DNA of 64,000 nucleotides from a virus: positions 20,961 to 84,960 of IMG/VR virus record IMGVR_UViG_3300045988_077625; one strand, written 5' to 3'. Position 1 is the stretch's first letter. The number at the start of each line of letters is the position of its first letter. The translations under genes and the position numbers were made by a program. Positions 44,376 through 54,632 of the stretch are shown piece by piece. Under the pieces are notes generated by a model that was given only the letters and a program-made list of their open reading frames with translations, was not told the origin of the DNA and made no database searches.

Positions 44376-44400
44376 CAAATAATCAATTATATGATATAAT
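44372..44400 (+). promoter_or_regulatory. sigma70-type promoter (extended -10)
   Basis: TTGACA-17-TATAAT. The TGA stop of the GIY-YIG gene is inside TTGACA. Confidence 0.75.
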
Positions 44401-44429
44401 AGCATTAAGCTCAAGGAGGTGATAAGAAA

Positions 44430-44573
44430 TTGTGGAGCGAAATGAGTTATAATTGGTATATATCGGAAGATACAGAACCAGAAGTATGGGATAATGAATA
44501 TGAGCCAACTGAGCGTGATTGGGCGCTTTGGATATATGGTAGTTCAGAGAATGAATTAGAGGTGATTTTTTGA
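44430..44573 (+). CDS. small acidic protein (47 aa, TTG start), coupled to the RNAP gene
   Basis: AAGGAGGTG upstream. Its stop overlaps the RNAP TTG start (TTTTGAAC). Confidence 0.4.
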   Translation: MWSEMSYNWYISEDTEPEVWDNEYEPTERDWALWIYGSSENELEVIF

Positions 44574-47239
44574 ACCTACAGACGCAAATTTATTTGCATT
44601 CAATAGATACTAGTGCATTTTATGATGACAACGAGCTATTGATACATAATCGGCTTGTAAGGTTATATTCTTTGAGAAAACAATTATCAGATATTGATAA
44701 GCCGAAAAAGAAAAAGTCTGGCGAACAATCGAATAAAAAAACATACAAAACAAAGAAGTTTGCTGAACGTAAAGAATGGGAGAAATCGCTTGAGGGTAAA
44801 CTGGATTGGAAAGTAAAATCTGTAAATCGTTTGCTTAAAAAAGAAAAGGCGCGGTTATCTGAATTGCTTGATGATGCTGTGAATCGAAATGCAACTAGAG
44901 AATTGCGTACAGATGCGGTTACAGATAAGACGGTTGTTAATCTATTTGAATCTGATTTGACGCGTAGCTTGAGGCTTGAGCCGTTTAAGTTGACCGATGA
45001 GTTATTCATCATTAACGTATTTTTCTTTCAGGTATTTAATAATCTAGTTCATCAAGGATTCATCTATAATGGCGAAAAATATGTGTTCCTCACTGCATCA
45101 GCGGGTCAAATCCGTACCAAACGAGCTGTATTTGTTAAAGAATCATCATTTAAGCAAATTGAACAGAAATTGATGTGTGGGTTAACCATAGATGAAATCA
45201 ATGAACAGGGAGGAATGAATCAGAACAAGTTCCTTACATATTTAGCCCTTATGAACTCTGCTACCGATGTTTGGGAAGATTTTGATATCGACAAATCCAT
45301 TGTGATGGATGATTGGGAAACGGCTGTTCCGGGATTGGTTGACCATATTGATGGCGTGTCATATGAGATTAGGCGCGAAATGACAGAGACGGTCATCCCT
45401 CATATGGACGGATGCGGCATCATGCTCAATGAAACAACACGGATGGTGCGTATGCCGTGGGTTAAAGGTCTACTTGTTACATTTCCATTTGATAAATTTA
45501 TCAAAGAGAAATGTGGCGGCGAAGCAATTGTAACAGATATTTACGGCAACGAGCATAAAATTATAGAAGAAGGCATACGGTATATATTCACAAAGAGCCA
45601 ATTCAAATTATGGAAATTTTATGATTCGTGGGAATGCTATAAGGCACGATTCAAAAATTTTGGATGTAATGCTTGCTATTGCAATATAGAAGAACCGTAT
45701 ATTCCAAAGAGCCGCATCAATTATCAGATGCTTCAGACATTGAGCGATATGACTGATAATGAGATTGACCGCATCATCTCCAAGACGGAGCAAGAGATTG
45801 ATGATGTTGGCAAGGATTATCAAGTTACGATGCGGCTACTTGGCGCAACAGAGAACAACCGCTATAAGTCAGCTATGCAAGAGGCGTTATTGATATATCC
45901 TGAGCTGTTTAAGGATTCATATAACCGAGAAATTCTGAAACAGACTAAAAAGAGCCTAGTAAAGCAAGCTAAGGGCGGGCGGCTTAGAGTTAATGGAAAA
46001 TATTTATTCTTGGCACCTGATTTATACGCTTTCTGTGAATGGCTGTTCCTAGGCGAACAGAATCCACAAGGATTGCTTACAGATAGTGATGTATATACAA
46101 ATCAATATCGAGATGGAGAAACACTTGCTTGTTTGCGTTCGCCGCATCTGTATAGAGAGTGGGCAATCAGGACAAATCGACGCAGCTTAGAGCTTGACTA
46201 TTGGTTTGGTGAAACTAAGTGTATATATACTAGTTGTCACGATTTAATAACAAGGATAGTTATGGCGGACTGCGACGGTGATAAATTACTGGTTATAAAA
46301 GACCGAACATTGACAAATTGTGCGAAAAGGAATATGTCTGATATTTGTACTCTTGCATATGACCTCAAAAAAGCCAAGGGCGGCTTATTAAATCCAGACA
46401 GTATGTACAATGGAATGGTCAATGCTTATACTAAGGGTAATATTGGGCCAGTTAGTAATAATATTACAAAAATCTGGAACAACGGCGAAATTACACAAGA
46501 AGAATTGGATGTTGTTAAATGGCTCTGCTTTGAAAATAACGCTGTTATTGATTGCGCTAAGACGCAATGGCTACCAGAACGACCCAAGCAAATCAATAAC
46601 ACAATCAAACAATACACCAAAGCCCGTGTGCCAAATTTCTTTCAATATGCCAAAGACAAAGACCCAGATACACAAGTTGAGCCTCCCAACAATTCCACGA
46701 TGAATCGCATCTCAGCTAAAATTCCTACGTCCCGAATCCGCTACAATAACAAGATTGGGAAATTCGACTGGACGATGCTGATAAATAAGTCAGTCGATTA
46801 TACCACTAGAGAAAATTCGCCAATCATCGAGAGGTATAATTGGTGGATAAGAAATCAACGTCGATTTGACTATGGTGATGACACGCATATCAATGAGAAC
46901 GATTTATATAAATATCGCCGCATAGCACAAGATATAGTGGAATATAGCAATGAACCACTAGATGTTGTTGTCAATAGTTTGGTTGCTTATTTATATACGG
47001 TCAAAAAATCAAGCAATAAGAAAATGCTATGGGCTTGTTTTGGTTGGACGATTGTAGATAATTTGAGAATCAATACGGCGCAACTTAATCCAATCTGCCC
47101 CATTTGTGGTAAGCGGTTCAAGCCACGTGATGTATGCCAGCATTATTGTTCTGAAGAATGCTATAAGAAAGCAGATAATCAGCGGCGTATTGAATCGCGT
47201 GAAGCACCACCTGTCCGCACGGGGGACAGGTTAAAATAG
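44570..47239 (+). CDS. YonO-like single-subunit RNA polymerase (beta-prime-like double-psi barrel)
   Basis: LRSPHLYRE, then about 35 aa later VMADCDGDKLLV (nt 46265-46282). This parallels beta-prime NRAPTLHR ... NADFDGDQMAV. C-terminal CPICG..C..C zinc ribbon. Confidence 0.65.
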   Translation: MNLQTQIYLHSIDTSAFYDDNELLIHNRLVRLYSLRKQLSDIDKPKKKKSGEQSNKKTYKTKKFAERKEWEKSLEGKLDWKVKSVNRLLKKEKARLSELLDDAVNRNATRELRTDAVTDKTVVNLFESDLTRSLRLEPFKLTDELFIINVFFFQVFNNLVHQGFIYNGEKYVFLTASAGQIRTKRAVFVKESSFKQIEQKLMCGLTIDEINEQGGMNQNKFLTYLALMNSATDVWEDFDIDKSIVMDDWETAVPGLVDHIDGVSYEIRREMTETVIPHMDGCGIMLNETTRMVRMPWVKGLLVTFPFDKFIKEKCGGEAIVTDIYGNEHKIIEEGIRYIFTKSQFKLWKFYDSWECYKARFKNFGCNACYCNIEEPYIPKSRINYQMLQTLSDMTDNEIDRIISKTEQEIDDVGKDYQVTMRLLGATENNRYKSAMQEALLIYPELFKDSYNREILKQTKKSLVKQAKGGRLRVNGKYLFLAPDLYAFCEWLFLGEQNPQGLLTDSDVYTNQYRDGETLACLRSPHLYREWAIRTNRRSLELDYWFGETKCIYTSCHDLITRIVMADCDGDKLLVIKDRTLTNCAKRNMSDICTLAYDLKKAKGGLLNPDSMYNGMVNAYTKGNIGPVSNNITKIWNNGEITQEELDVVKWLCFENNAVIDCAKTQWLPERPKQINNTIKQYTKARVPNFFQYAKDKDPDTQVEPPNNSTMNRISAKIPTSRIRYNNKIGKFDWTMLINKSVDYTTRENSPIIERYNWWIRNQRRFDYGDDTHINENDLYKYRRIAQDIVEYSNEPLDVVVNSLVAYLYTVKKSSNKKMLWACFGWTIVDNLRINTAQLNPICPICGKRFKPRDVCQHYCSEECYKKADNQRRIESREAPPVRTGDRLK

Positions 47240-47310
47240 TGGGAAATATATGGATAAAATGAAATCACCACAACATATTGTGGTAAACTAATAGGGAAAG
47301 GACGATATAA

Positions 47311-47730
47311 TTGCATAAAAATAAATATCCTCGGCTAGGTAAAGCCGATATGAGCAAAGAGTTACGACGGCGTACAGGCGTTGATTCTAAAATTATTGAA
47401 TTAGTATTAAGAAATTATCATGATATTATCCGCGAGACACTACAGCATGGCGTGGAGTATTCACTACCTGATATTGGTGTTATTACATTCCGCGACCATC
47501 CACCTAAACCAGCTGGAGAATATTGGAATGGATTCCAAAAGCGGCGTATGTACTATCCTGACAGAATGGGATATTATCGGTTAGAGTTCAAGGCTGAGAA
47601 GCATATGGCTAGTTATGTAAAAGCTGGCACATTGTATGGTAAAGGCCCAACCAAAGAAGAATGGGACGCTTGGGTATTGGAGAATTATCCAGATAATCCT
47701 AAGTTTGCTAAGGAAGAAGAAGATGGCTGA
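47311..47730 (+). CDS. HU/IHF-fold DNA-binding protein (divergent)
   Basis: SKIIELVLRNYHDIIRETLQHGVEYSLPDIGVITF..YYRLEFKAEK follows the HU layout. TTG start. Confidence 0.5.
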   Translation: MHKNKYPRLGKADMSKELRRRTGVDSKIIELVLRNYHDIIRETLQHGVEYSLPDIGVITFRDHPPKPAGEYWNGFQKRRMYYPDRMGYYRLEFKAEKHMASYVKAGTLYGKGPTKEEWDAWVLENYPDNPKFAKEEEDG

Positions 47731-48286
47731 ATATAATAAGCTGAACCAAGAATTTTACGCTTATGCGGCAAATCTGCTTGAATCTAAACCAGAAACGGTA
47801 AAGAAATATTGGCAAGCCTGTGTTGACACTATCGTTCATATGTTGCATTTTGATGGCAGATGTCAAATGCCGGGTGTTGGAACATTTGAGTTGAAAGAAG
47901 TTCCGTCTTGGACTGGAATGGCAAAAGATGATAATGGCGAACTTGTAGAGAGAACCATTCCGGCGTGGTTCAAAATTACATATAAAAGCAATGATGATTT
48001 CGTCAATAATGTCAATGGGCGAGGGGTTACAAAGAGATACCGCAAACGTGTTCGTGAACGCAAGTTGACACCTAATGACTTAAAGTTAATTACACAAGCC
48101 GAAGCAGAAAGAACCGCAAAGCGAACATTAGAGCAAATGCAAAATGAGCGTATTGAGAAAGCAAAGCAACAGAGCTACGATGATTTCATCAATGTAATCA
48201 ATAAGAAAAAAGAAGAATACGAACGGAAAAAGAAGGAAAAGGAACAGAAATTGAATGAATCTACAGAAGATACGACAAGCGACTGA
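47723..48286 (+). CDS. HU/IHF-fold DNA-binding protein 2 with a Lys/Glu-rich tail
   Basis: ATG overlaps the upstream stop. VKKYWQACVDTIVHML..MPGVGTFELK..PAWFKITYKS. Confidence 0.45.
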   Translation: MAEYNKLNQEFYAYAANLLESKPETVKKYWQACVDTIVHMLHFDGRCQMPGVGTFELKEVPSWTGMAKDDNGELVERTIPAWFKITYKSNDDFVNNVNGRGVTKRYRKRVRERKLTPNDLKLITQAEAERTAKRTLEQMQNERIEKAKQQSYDDFINVINKKKEEYERKKKEKEQKLNESTEDTTSD

Positions 48287-49454
48287 GCTGCTAGATAGCA
48301 AGTTAATTGACTTACAGGAATGGACGGCTCGTTGTCTTGGTGAAGATTATAGGGGCGTCTGGTCAGAGGAATATTTACGTCGTTGTGCTGTGTTTGTCCG
48401 AAATATGCTGAACAGCGCAGATGATTGTGAATCAGACGAAAAGGATGCCAATATTCTATCACAGCTTAGAGAGGCTAAGCAAGAACTAGAGAAATCACGT
48501 CTTAAACTGCGCACAGAAAATCTTGAGTATGCGGCGAATAAGCGCGAAGTTGCTCGACATGATATGCTCAATGAAGAAATCGTTGCAGCTATCAATCGGC
48601 TTGAGCCAATCAAGTTCAGCCGCAAATTTGAACCAGACCCAATCAAAGAGCAAGTTGGCGTGTTGTGCATTGGCGATGAGCATTATGGCACAATAATTGA
48701 TATGGATTCATTGTTTGGCGAGAAGGTAAATGTGTACAATCCTGATGTATTCAAGGCACGAATGGAAAAGCTGATGAACAGCATTGAAGATGACGTATAT
48801 TCAGTATCGTCATTCAGCCGTTTGGTTGTGTTTGATATGGGGGATTCCATTCAAGGCGCACTTAGGCTGTCAGACCTTATGAAGCTAAAAGCTGGCGTTG
48901 TAGATTGCGCAATGCAGTATGCTGAATATATTAGTCAATGGCTTGTTGAGCTAAGTGAACGCCTACAAGTGCCGATTGAATATATTGCAGTTGGCGGAAA
49001 TCATAGTGAACTCAGGCTACTCAATGGCAAGAAGGGCGATTTCCCAGAAGATAATATTGCTAAGATTATTACGCAGATTGTGCAGTTGCGCCTTGAAGAT
49101 AATCCGAACATTGAGGTTGCGCCATATGCCGAATGTGGGTTTAAGACAATTCAAGGCGTAAATATCCTAGCATATCATGGCGATGATACCAAGGATGTAA
49201 CTAGAGAAATCGCTTTCTTTGAGGATTATCATCAGATTGATATTGATATTTTGCTACTTGGGCATTTTCATCATTTTGAGCAACAGTCAGTCGGCATTGG
49301 CTTGAACACTGAGAAAGAGTTCATTAAATGTCCATCTATTGTCGGCGTTAATGATTATAGCAAGAGATGCCGCAAGTTGTCAAGAGCTGGTGCATTGCTC
49401 ATGTTGTTTGAAGATGGGCAAAAGACATGGACTAAGAAATATGTTTTGAATTAA
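48255..49454 (+). CDS. calcineurin-like metallophosphoesterase
   Basis: GDEHYG, GDSIQG, GGNHSE, GHFHH motifs in the canonical order. Confidence 0.65.
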   Translation: MNLQKIRQATELLDSKLIDLQEWTARCLGEDYRGVWSEEYLRRCAVFVRNMLNSADDCESDEKDANILSQLREAKQELEKSRLKLRTENLEYAANKREVARHDMLNEEIVAAINRLEPIKFSRKFEPDPIKEQVGVLCIGDEHYGTIIDMDSLFGEKVNVYNPDVFKARMEKLMNSIEDDVYSVSSFSRLVVFDMGDSIQGALRLSDLMKLKAGVVDCAMQYAEYISQWLVELSERLQVPIEYIAVGGNHSELRLLNGKKGDFPEDNIAKIITQIVQLRLEDNPNIEVAPYAECGFKTIQGVNILAYHGDDTKDVTREIAFFEDYHQIDIDILLLGHFHHFEQQSVGIGLNTEKEFIKCPSIVGVNDYSKRCRKLSRAGALLMLFEDGQKTWTKKYVLN

Positions 49455-49639
49455 ATCTATCCTTGCAATAGCAAGTTTAGAAATATCCGAAAGGAGGTCA
49501 CTATTCTCTTGAATTATCCACTGGTTTATCCGAAGCATAATTAAAGAAAGGATGGTGGTCAGAGCCAATCGGCTCATATCTACAATAAGCCCAACTCAAT
49601 GGGGACTGTTGTTTAACTGAATATTGAACCTTGACAAAT

Positions 49640-49673
49640 ACGAAGCAGCCAAGATTGCTCTCAGCTGCTTCGT
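49640..49673 (+). terminator. hairpin, probable terminator or attenuator
   Basis: ACGAAGCAGC-14 nt-GCTGCTTCGT then CATATTTATA. Confidence 0.5.
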
Positions 49674-49715
49674 CATATTTATAGGAAAATAAACGGAACA
49701 GAAAGGAATGAGAAT

Positions 49716-50540
49716 ATGTTTTGCCCATATTGCGGCAAGGAAAAGCAAGATAGCCAATTCTATAAAAGCCCAATCAAAACGGGCGAATATATTAAGCCAT
49801 GTAAGTCATGCGTAACTGAGCTATATAAGCAAGCTCTTGAATCTACTAAAGACCAAGGCGCAGCATTATGGTCAACTTGTATGCAGACTGGTATTCCTAT
49901 GAGACGCGCTGAATATACGGCTTGCCTTGAAACGCTAGAAAAAGCGGCTAAAGGCAAAAAGCCTAGTTTATTTATGTTGTATCATACATATTTATCCACA
50001 TCTCCTGATAAGCTAACGGGCGTATGGGATAGCGATATGGAGTTGTCTAATTTCAAGGATTTGGGCGATGTTGCTAAGGGTGAAACTGATGAGGTGGCGC
50101 TTAAAGCGAGATGGCGCAAACAATGGGGCGGCGACTATGAGGATGAAGATTGTCAGTGGCTAGATGATATGTTTGATAGCTATACGGCAGATATATTTGA
50201 AATGGACACCGCTATGGAAATGCGTTATCGTGACTTGTGTAAATTAGAGCTTGAGCAGTATAAAAATGGTGTTAATAAGGACACACAGTCGCAGATCAAA
50301 ACGCTTATGTCATTACTTAAACTTGATGATTTTAAGAGCAATCAGAAGTCGGATGCTGAACGGGCGTTTGAGAAGCGTATAGCTTGGGTGGAATATACCA
50401 AGCCGTCTGAATGTGAAGATTTAACAAGATTCATAGATATGGTTGGATATGAAAAGGACAAGGGCGAAAAGATGCGTAGTTTGCGCAATGCTGTTGCTGG
50501 CACTAGAGATTACCCAGCAATCCCGAAGGAGGAAGCATAA
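49716..50540 (+). CDS. putative terminase small subunit (by position)
   Basis: Immediately precedes the large terminase gene with an ATGA-type overlap. N-terminal CPYCG zinc knuckle. Confidence 0.35.
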   Translation: MFCPYCGKEKQDSQFYKSPIKTGEYIKPCKSCVTELYKQALESTKDQGAALWSTCMQTGIPMRRAEYTACLETLEKAAKGKKPSLFMLYHTYLSTSPDKLTGVWDSDMELSNFKDLGDVAKGETDEVALKARWRKQWGGDYEDEDCQWLDDMFDSYTADIFEMDTAMEMRYRDLCKLELEQYKNGVNKDTQSQIKTLMSLLKLDDFKSNQKSDAERAFEKRIAWVEYTKPSECEDLTRFIDMVGYEKDKGEKMRSLRNAVAGTRDYPAIPKEEA

Positions 50541-52384
50541 TGCGTTCTAGGATGGGCGGTCTTAGAGAATCATTTAAGGCTGATAAACTTCGAGCTGTAT
50601 CTGGCATATCCAAAAAAATAGATAGCGATTTAGAAAACAACATCATAGAGTGGACAACTCTGTTTAGACGGAATTGGGACATATTTGCTGAATTTTATCT
50701 AGGGATTCCATTAAAACCATATCAACGCCAAGCATTGCATGAAATTGGTGTGTCAGATGTGTATTTTTGGAGAGCAGGGCGTGGTGGTGCAAAATCGTTT
50801 ATTACAATGCTTGCGGCGGTCTGTAAATTACTATTGTATCCAAACTGTCAGATAATTATTACATCCTCTACGGTTGACCAAGCTAATAAAATGGTCAAAG
50901 AGAAGTTAGAGAAAGAATTGATAAAAAAGTTATCTAAACTACTTTTGCTTTATTACGAAAAAGACTGGATAAAGATAACAAAGCCGAATGATGGATATTA
51001 TGTAGAATGTACGCTTAATAATTCATCCATCACCGTTCTTGCACCAGTTGAATCCGCGAGAGGTTCACGCTCCAACTTTACCATTTACGACGAAGTTGCT
51101 ATTATGAAGAAAACGGCAATAGACCAAATTTTTGATGGCATGCTGTTTCCTAGGCAACCCAATTATTTAAGCAATCCTGCATATTCTGGGAATAAGAGAT
51201 GGATAGAAGAATCTAAGAGTATATATCTAACATCGTCTAAGTTTAAGTTCCAGTGGTGGTATAGATTGTGGTGTGACTGTGTAACAGGATATTATGTTGA
51301 TAAGCGTACTAGATATGGTATATTTGCAACAGACTTCTTTGATAATATAGAAAATGGCTTAAAAACATGGGGCGATTATCGTAGAGCTAAAAGACAGAAC
51401 GACGATATATCATTTAGGACAGAATATCTAAACGAAGCCGTAGGTGAATCCGAAGATTCTTTCTTTAGCCTTGAATCGTTCAAAGAGAATCAGGTTATTA
51501 CAGATGCGTTTTGTCCACCAAAGCCAATGGATTTATTGGTGTCTAGTGAATCAGATGAGGACGAAAAGAAAGAGGATGAAGTACGTCTCATCGTGTCTGA
51601 CTTTGCATGGACAACAACTGGTAAGAAAGCAAATGAATCAGATAATAGTATTGCTATATGTATTAGGGCTAAATGGAAAAAAGACCATTTTGATAAATAT
51701 GTAGAATATATTGAATTGCTACCAACAGCAGATGACGCGGATGGTTGTGCTGATAGGTTAAAAGAATTGTTTTGGTTGTACAAGGCAGACTATCTAGTGC
51801 CCGATGCGAGATCAGGCGGTGAAGCGGTCATGATAGCCTTATCTAAACCGTATACTAATGAACGCTATTCGGCGTTCATCAATAATCATGGCTTGACTAT
51901 GGCTGATAAAAAGGAATATCATGTGGCTCGACCTGATAAGCTAGATTACTATAGAGTCAATGCAGTAGACCCAAATGCTTATCCTTGTATTATACCTATT
52001 GTTGGTAGTGAAACACTCAACACGTCTTATTGGAAAGCAACTAAAATGTCACTTGAGAATAATCGTATAAAATTCTTGATAGGGATGAGCGATAAGCAAG
52101 ATGCTATTGTTGAAACTGGCGAATATTACAAATACACCGGCGAACAGACAGCAGATATACTTGCACCTCATGGCAATACTGATTTACTCATATCGGAAGC
52201 CGTTAATTTAACTACTATATTCAAAGGTGAAAACATCAAACTAGAGGCTCCAAGAACGGGGCATCGTGACCGTATTGTTACATTGGCTATGGGTATTCTA
52301 ATATGTGATTATATAGAAAATGAATGGAATAGACAGAGTCATGTTGAAGAATATGACTTAGATGATGTGCAATTAGTTTGGTGA
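50540..52384 (+). CDS. terL: terminase large subunit
   Basis: RAGRGGAKSF Walker A-like, IYDEVA Walker B. 614 aa. Followed by the portal gene. Confidence 0.75.
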   Translation: MRSRMGGLRESFKADKLRAVSGISKKIDSDLENNIIEWTTLFRRNWDIFAEFYLGIPLKPYQRQALHEIGVSDVYFWRAGRGGAKSFITMLAAVCKLLLYPNCQIIITSSTVDQANKMVKEKLEKELIKKLSKLLLLYYEKDWIKITKPNDGYYVECTLNNSSITVLAPVESARGSRSNFTIYDEVAIMKKTAIDQIFDGMLFPRQPNYLSNPAYSGNKRWIEESKSIYLTSSKFKFQWWYRLWCDCVTGYYVDKRTRYGIFATDFFDNIENGLKTWGDYRRAKRQNDDISFRTEYLNEAVGESEDSFFSLESFKENQVITDAFCPPKPMDLLVSSESDEDEKKEDEVRLIVSDFAWTTTGKKANESDNSIAICIRAKWKKDHFDKYVEYIELLPTADDADGCADRLKELFWLYKADYLVPDARSGGEAVMIALSKPYTNERYSAFINNHGLTMADKKEYHVARPDKLDYYRVNAVDPNAYPCIIPIVGSETLNTSYWKATKMSLENNRIKFLIGMSDKQDAIVETGEYYKYTGEQTADILAPHGNTDLLISEAVNLTTIFKGENIKLEAPRTGHRDRIVTLAMGILICDYIENEWNRQSHVEEYDLDDVQLVW

Positions 52385-52534
52385 TATGACTTGCCTATGA
52401 AGCGGTTGCTATGTTGGTGTGTTACCGTGGAGGTGCTATTAGGGTTGCGTGGTCTCCAAGTTCCAACTTAGGCTTAATCAAAACTATAAAATAAAAACAC
52501 TCAAAAATACAAAACAAAGAAAGGAGGGCGAAAT

Positions 52535-54115
52535 TTGGCAGAACCGTTAGTAACATTTGAACAGGCTCAAGCTGTAACAGAATTTGCACAAGCATTATAT
52601 GCTTATGACCAGTTTGGCTTCTGGTCGCCAATGCTAAGCAATCAGCTATTGCAGAGTTTGAACAACAATCCAGAAACACCCAGTTCTGATAAAATTCGCA
52701 AGGCGCTTGCTGAATACAAAGAAAATTCAGAGCAAATTCAGGGCTATATGGAATATATGAAATTCTGGGATATGATATTTGCCAGAACTCTACAAGCATA
52801 TTGCAATGCTCTATCATTTGATCTACAGCCTGTTTGTATCAATGCTTTTACTCAGAGTGATTATGAATCAAGCGCATACCAAGAGGATAAGCGGCGCGTA
52901 TATGATTTCTTAAACAAATTTGACTATAAGGCTGAATTTAGTAAAGTTGTGGCGCAAATTGTGACGCACGAAACATATTTTACTTGGTTCAGAAAGACGA
53001 AATGGGGCAATAAAGGAATGAAATTCGCCCTACAGATTTTGCCACAAGATAGATGTTTGCTTACCGGATATTGGGAAAAAGGCATGTTGTTTGATTTTGA
53101 CATGAGCTATTTCCTGCAAGCTGGTGTAGACATCAATGGATTTGACCCAGCATTTAAGAAATATTATCAGCGTGTATTTGGCTCTGAGGAAGAAGCATTT
53201 AAAAATTATCGCCCTACAAACCCACTAAATAGACGAAATGGCGCATATGCTATGTGGACGCAAACATCTCCTAGTGATGGGGCATGGGCGTTTAAGTGGA
53301 ATCCTAGTACATTTAACAATACGCCATTTTTAGCCCCGTTCCTAAAGAACGCCATTGCCAATGATGATATTGCTCAGTTACAATATAATAAGGACATTGC
53401 GTCGGCATATGCTATTCTAGCTGGTGAAATTCGTCTATTTGATACGGCTAAATCTGGTACCAAGGCGAACCAATTTGCTATCGATCCAAAGACGTTAGGC
53501 GGATTTATGCAAAAGGCAAAGGCTGGACTTGGTTCGTTGTCTAAGTTGGCAGCTATGCCGCTTGAAAATATTAAGTTCTACCAATTTGAGGACAAGAATA
53601 CAGATATGTATTCAACACAGTTGGCTACATCTGCTGGTGTTGGGTCTGGTGTGAGCCGTGTCATTTATAGCTCAGACAAACAATCTAACGCGGAGATTGA
53701 GGCTGGGCTTAATGATATGTATCAGACTATGAAGCCGCTATATCCACAATTTAGTAATTTCCTAGAATTTTATGTCAATCAGCTAACAAAGAAATACAAG
53801 TGGAAGTTTATCTTTGATGGGTCTAATTATCCATTTGAGCGTGAGGCTCGATTTGATAAGGTGAAGAAAATGGCCGATTCTGGCATTGTTTTACCTATGC
53901 AAACATGGGCGTCTGTATCTGGATATCAACCGCAATTATTTGAAGCAATGATGGCTGAGAGCAAATATACGGGTTGGATTGATAAATATACACAGTTGTT
54001 AAAGAACACAAATACAACTAAGGGCGGTTCAGATAATGAAGGTGGCAGACCCAGACAGGATGAAACAACACTCACAGATTCAGGAGAGGCAAGCCGAGAA
54101 ACATTAAAGGAATGA
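52535..54115 (+). CDS. portal protein
   Basis: 526 aa directly after terL. TTG start after AAAGGAGGG. Confidence 0.6.
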   Translation: MAEPLVTFEQAQAVTEFAQALYAYDQFGFWSPMLSNQLLQSLNNNPETPSSDKIRKALAEYKENSEQIQGYMEYMKFWDMIFARTLQAYCNALSFDLQPVCINAFTQSDYESSAYQEDKRRVYDFLNKFDYKAEFSKVVAQIVTHETYFTWFRKTKWGNKGMKFALQILPQDRCLLTGYWEKGMLFDFDMSYFLQAGVDINGFDPAFKKYYQRVFGSEEEAFKNYRPTNPLNRRNGAYAMWTQTSPSDGAWAFKWNPSTFNNTPFLAPFLKNAIANDDIAQLQYNKDIASAYAILAGEIRLFDTAKSGTKANQFAIDPKTLGGFMQKAKAGLGSLSKLAAMPLENIKFYQFEDKNTDMYSTQLATSAGVGSGVSRVIYSSDKQSNAEIEAGLNDMYQTMKPLYPQFSNFLEFYVNQLTKKYKWKFIFDGSNYPFEREARFDKVKKMADSGIVLPMQTWASVSGYQPQLFEAMMAESKYTGWIDKYTQLLKNTNTTKGGSDNEGGRPRQDETTLTDSGEASRETLKE

Positions 54116-54119
54116 TATT

Positions 54120-54632
54120 ATGATGTTATCAGAAAGAACAAGTGAAGCCCTAGACATTCTAGTTGGGCAGTATTTTTCTTTGAACCGCACGTTTGATAGG
54201 TGTGTGTCGTGGATGGAAGTAAAATTTGCTATGCCTAATGCCGCAAATATTATTCATCATAAATTAGCGCATCTCTGGCCGCTTATGGCTGATACTGTAA
54301 GCGATTTTAAGCATCAATGGAACATTACCACATATTATCCTGAGACGCGTGGTGATAAGCGCGAATACGATAATCTTGAGCAAATGATGGGCACTATGCT
54401 TAGAGAAACACTTGACCTATATCAAGTTATTAAGCAGACGTATTATATTGCAAAAGAAGAAAAAGATTTTAACGCAAATGCTATGCTACAAGAGCTTATG
54501 CAGGATATGAATAAAGTTGTAGCGCAGATTATTTTATTGGATGATAAAGCCAAACAAATGCCAACAGAATATGACGAATATGACCGTCATATTGATAGTT
54601 GGGGAATTGTTGGTTTGGAGGATTATCAATGA
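54120..54632 (+). CDS. hypothetical protein
   Basis: Track ORF. Confidence 0.5.
   Translation: MMLSERTSEALDILVGQYFSLNRTFDRCVSWMEVKFAMPNAANIIHHKLAHLWPLMADTVSDFKHQWNITTYYPETRGDKREYDNLEQMMGTMLRETLDLYQVIKQTYYIAKEEKDFNANAMLQELMQDMNKVVAQIILLDDKAKQMPTEYDEYDRHIDSWGIVGLEDYQ

Noticed and set aside
3431-44400. The recurring TTGTCAAG / CTTGACAA word as a CRISPR-like or REP-like repeat.
   Set aside because: Spacing is irregular. Each copy sits 17 nt from a TATAAT-like hexamer, upstream of a gene start on the matching strand. They are -35 boxes, not a repeat array.
49631-49680. TTGACA at 49631-49636 as a late promoter.
   Set aside because: There is no TATAAT-like hexamer 16-18 nt downstream. The sequence that follows is a 10-bp hairpin, better explained as a terminator or attenuator after the phosphoesterase gene.
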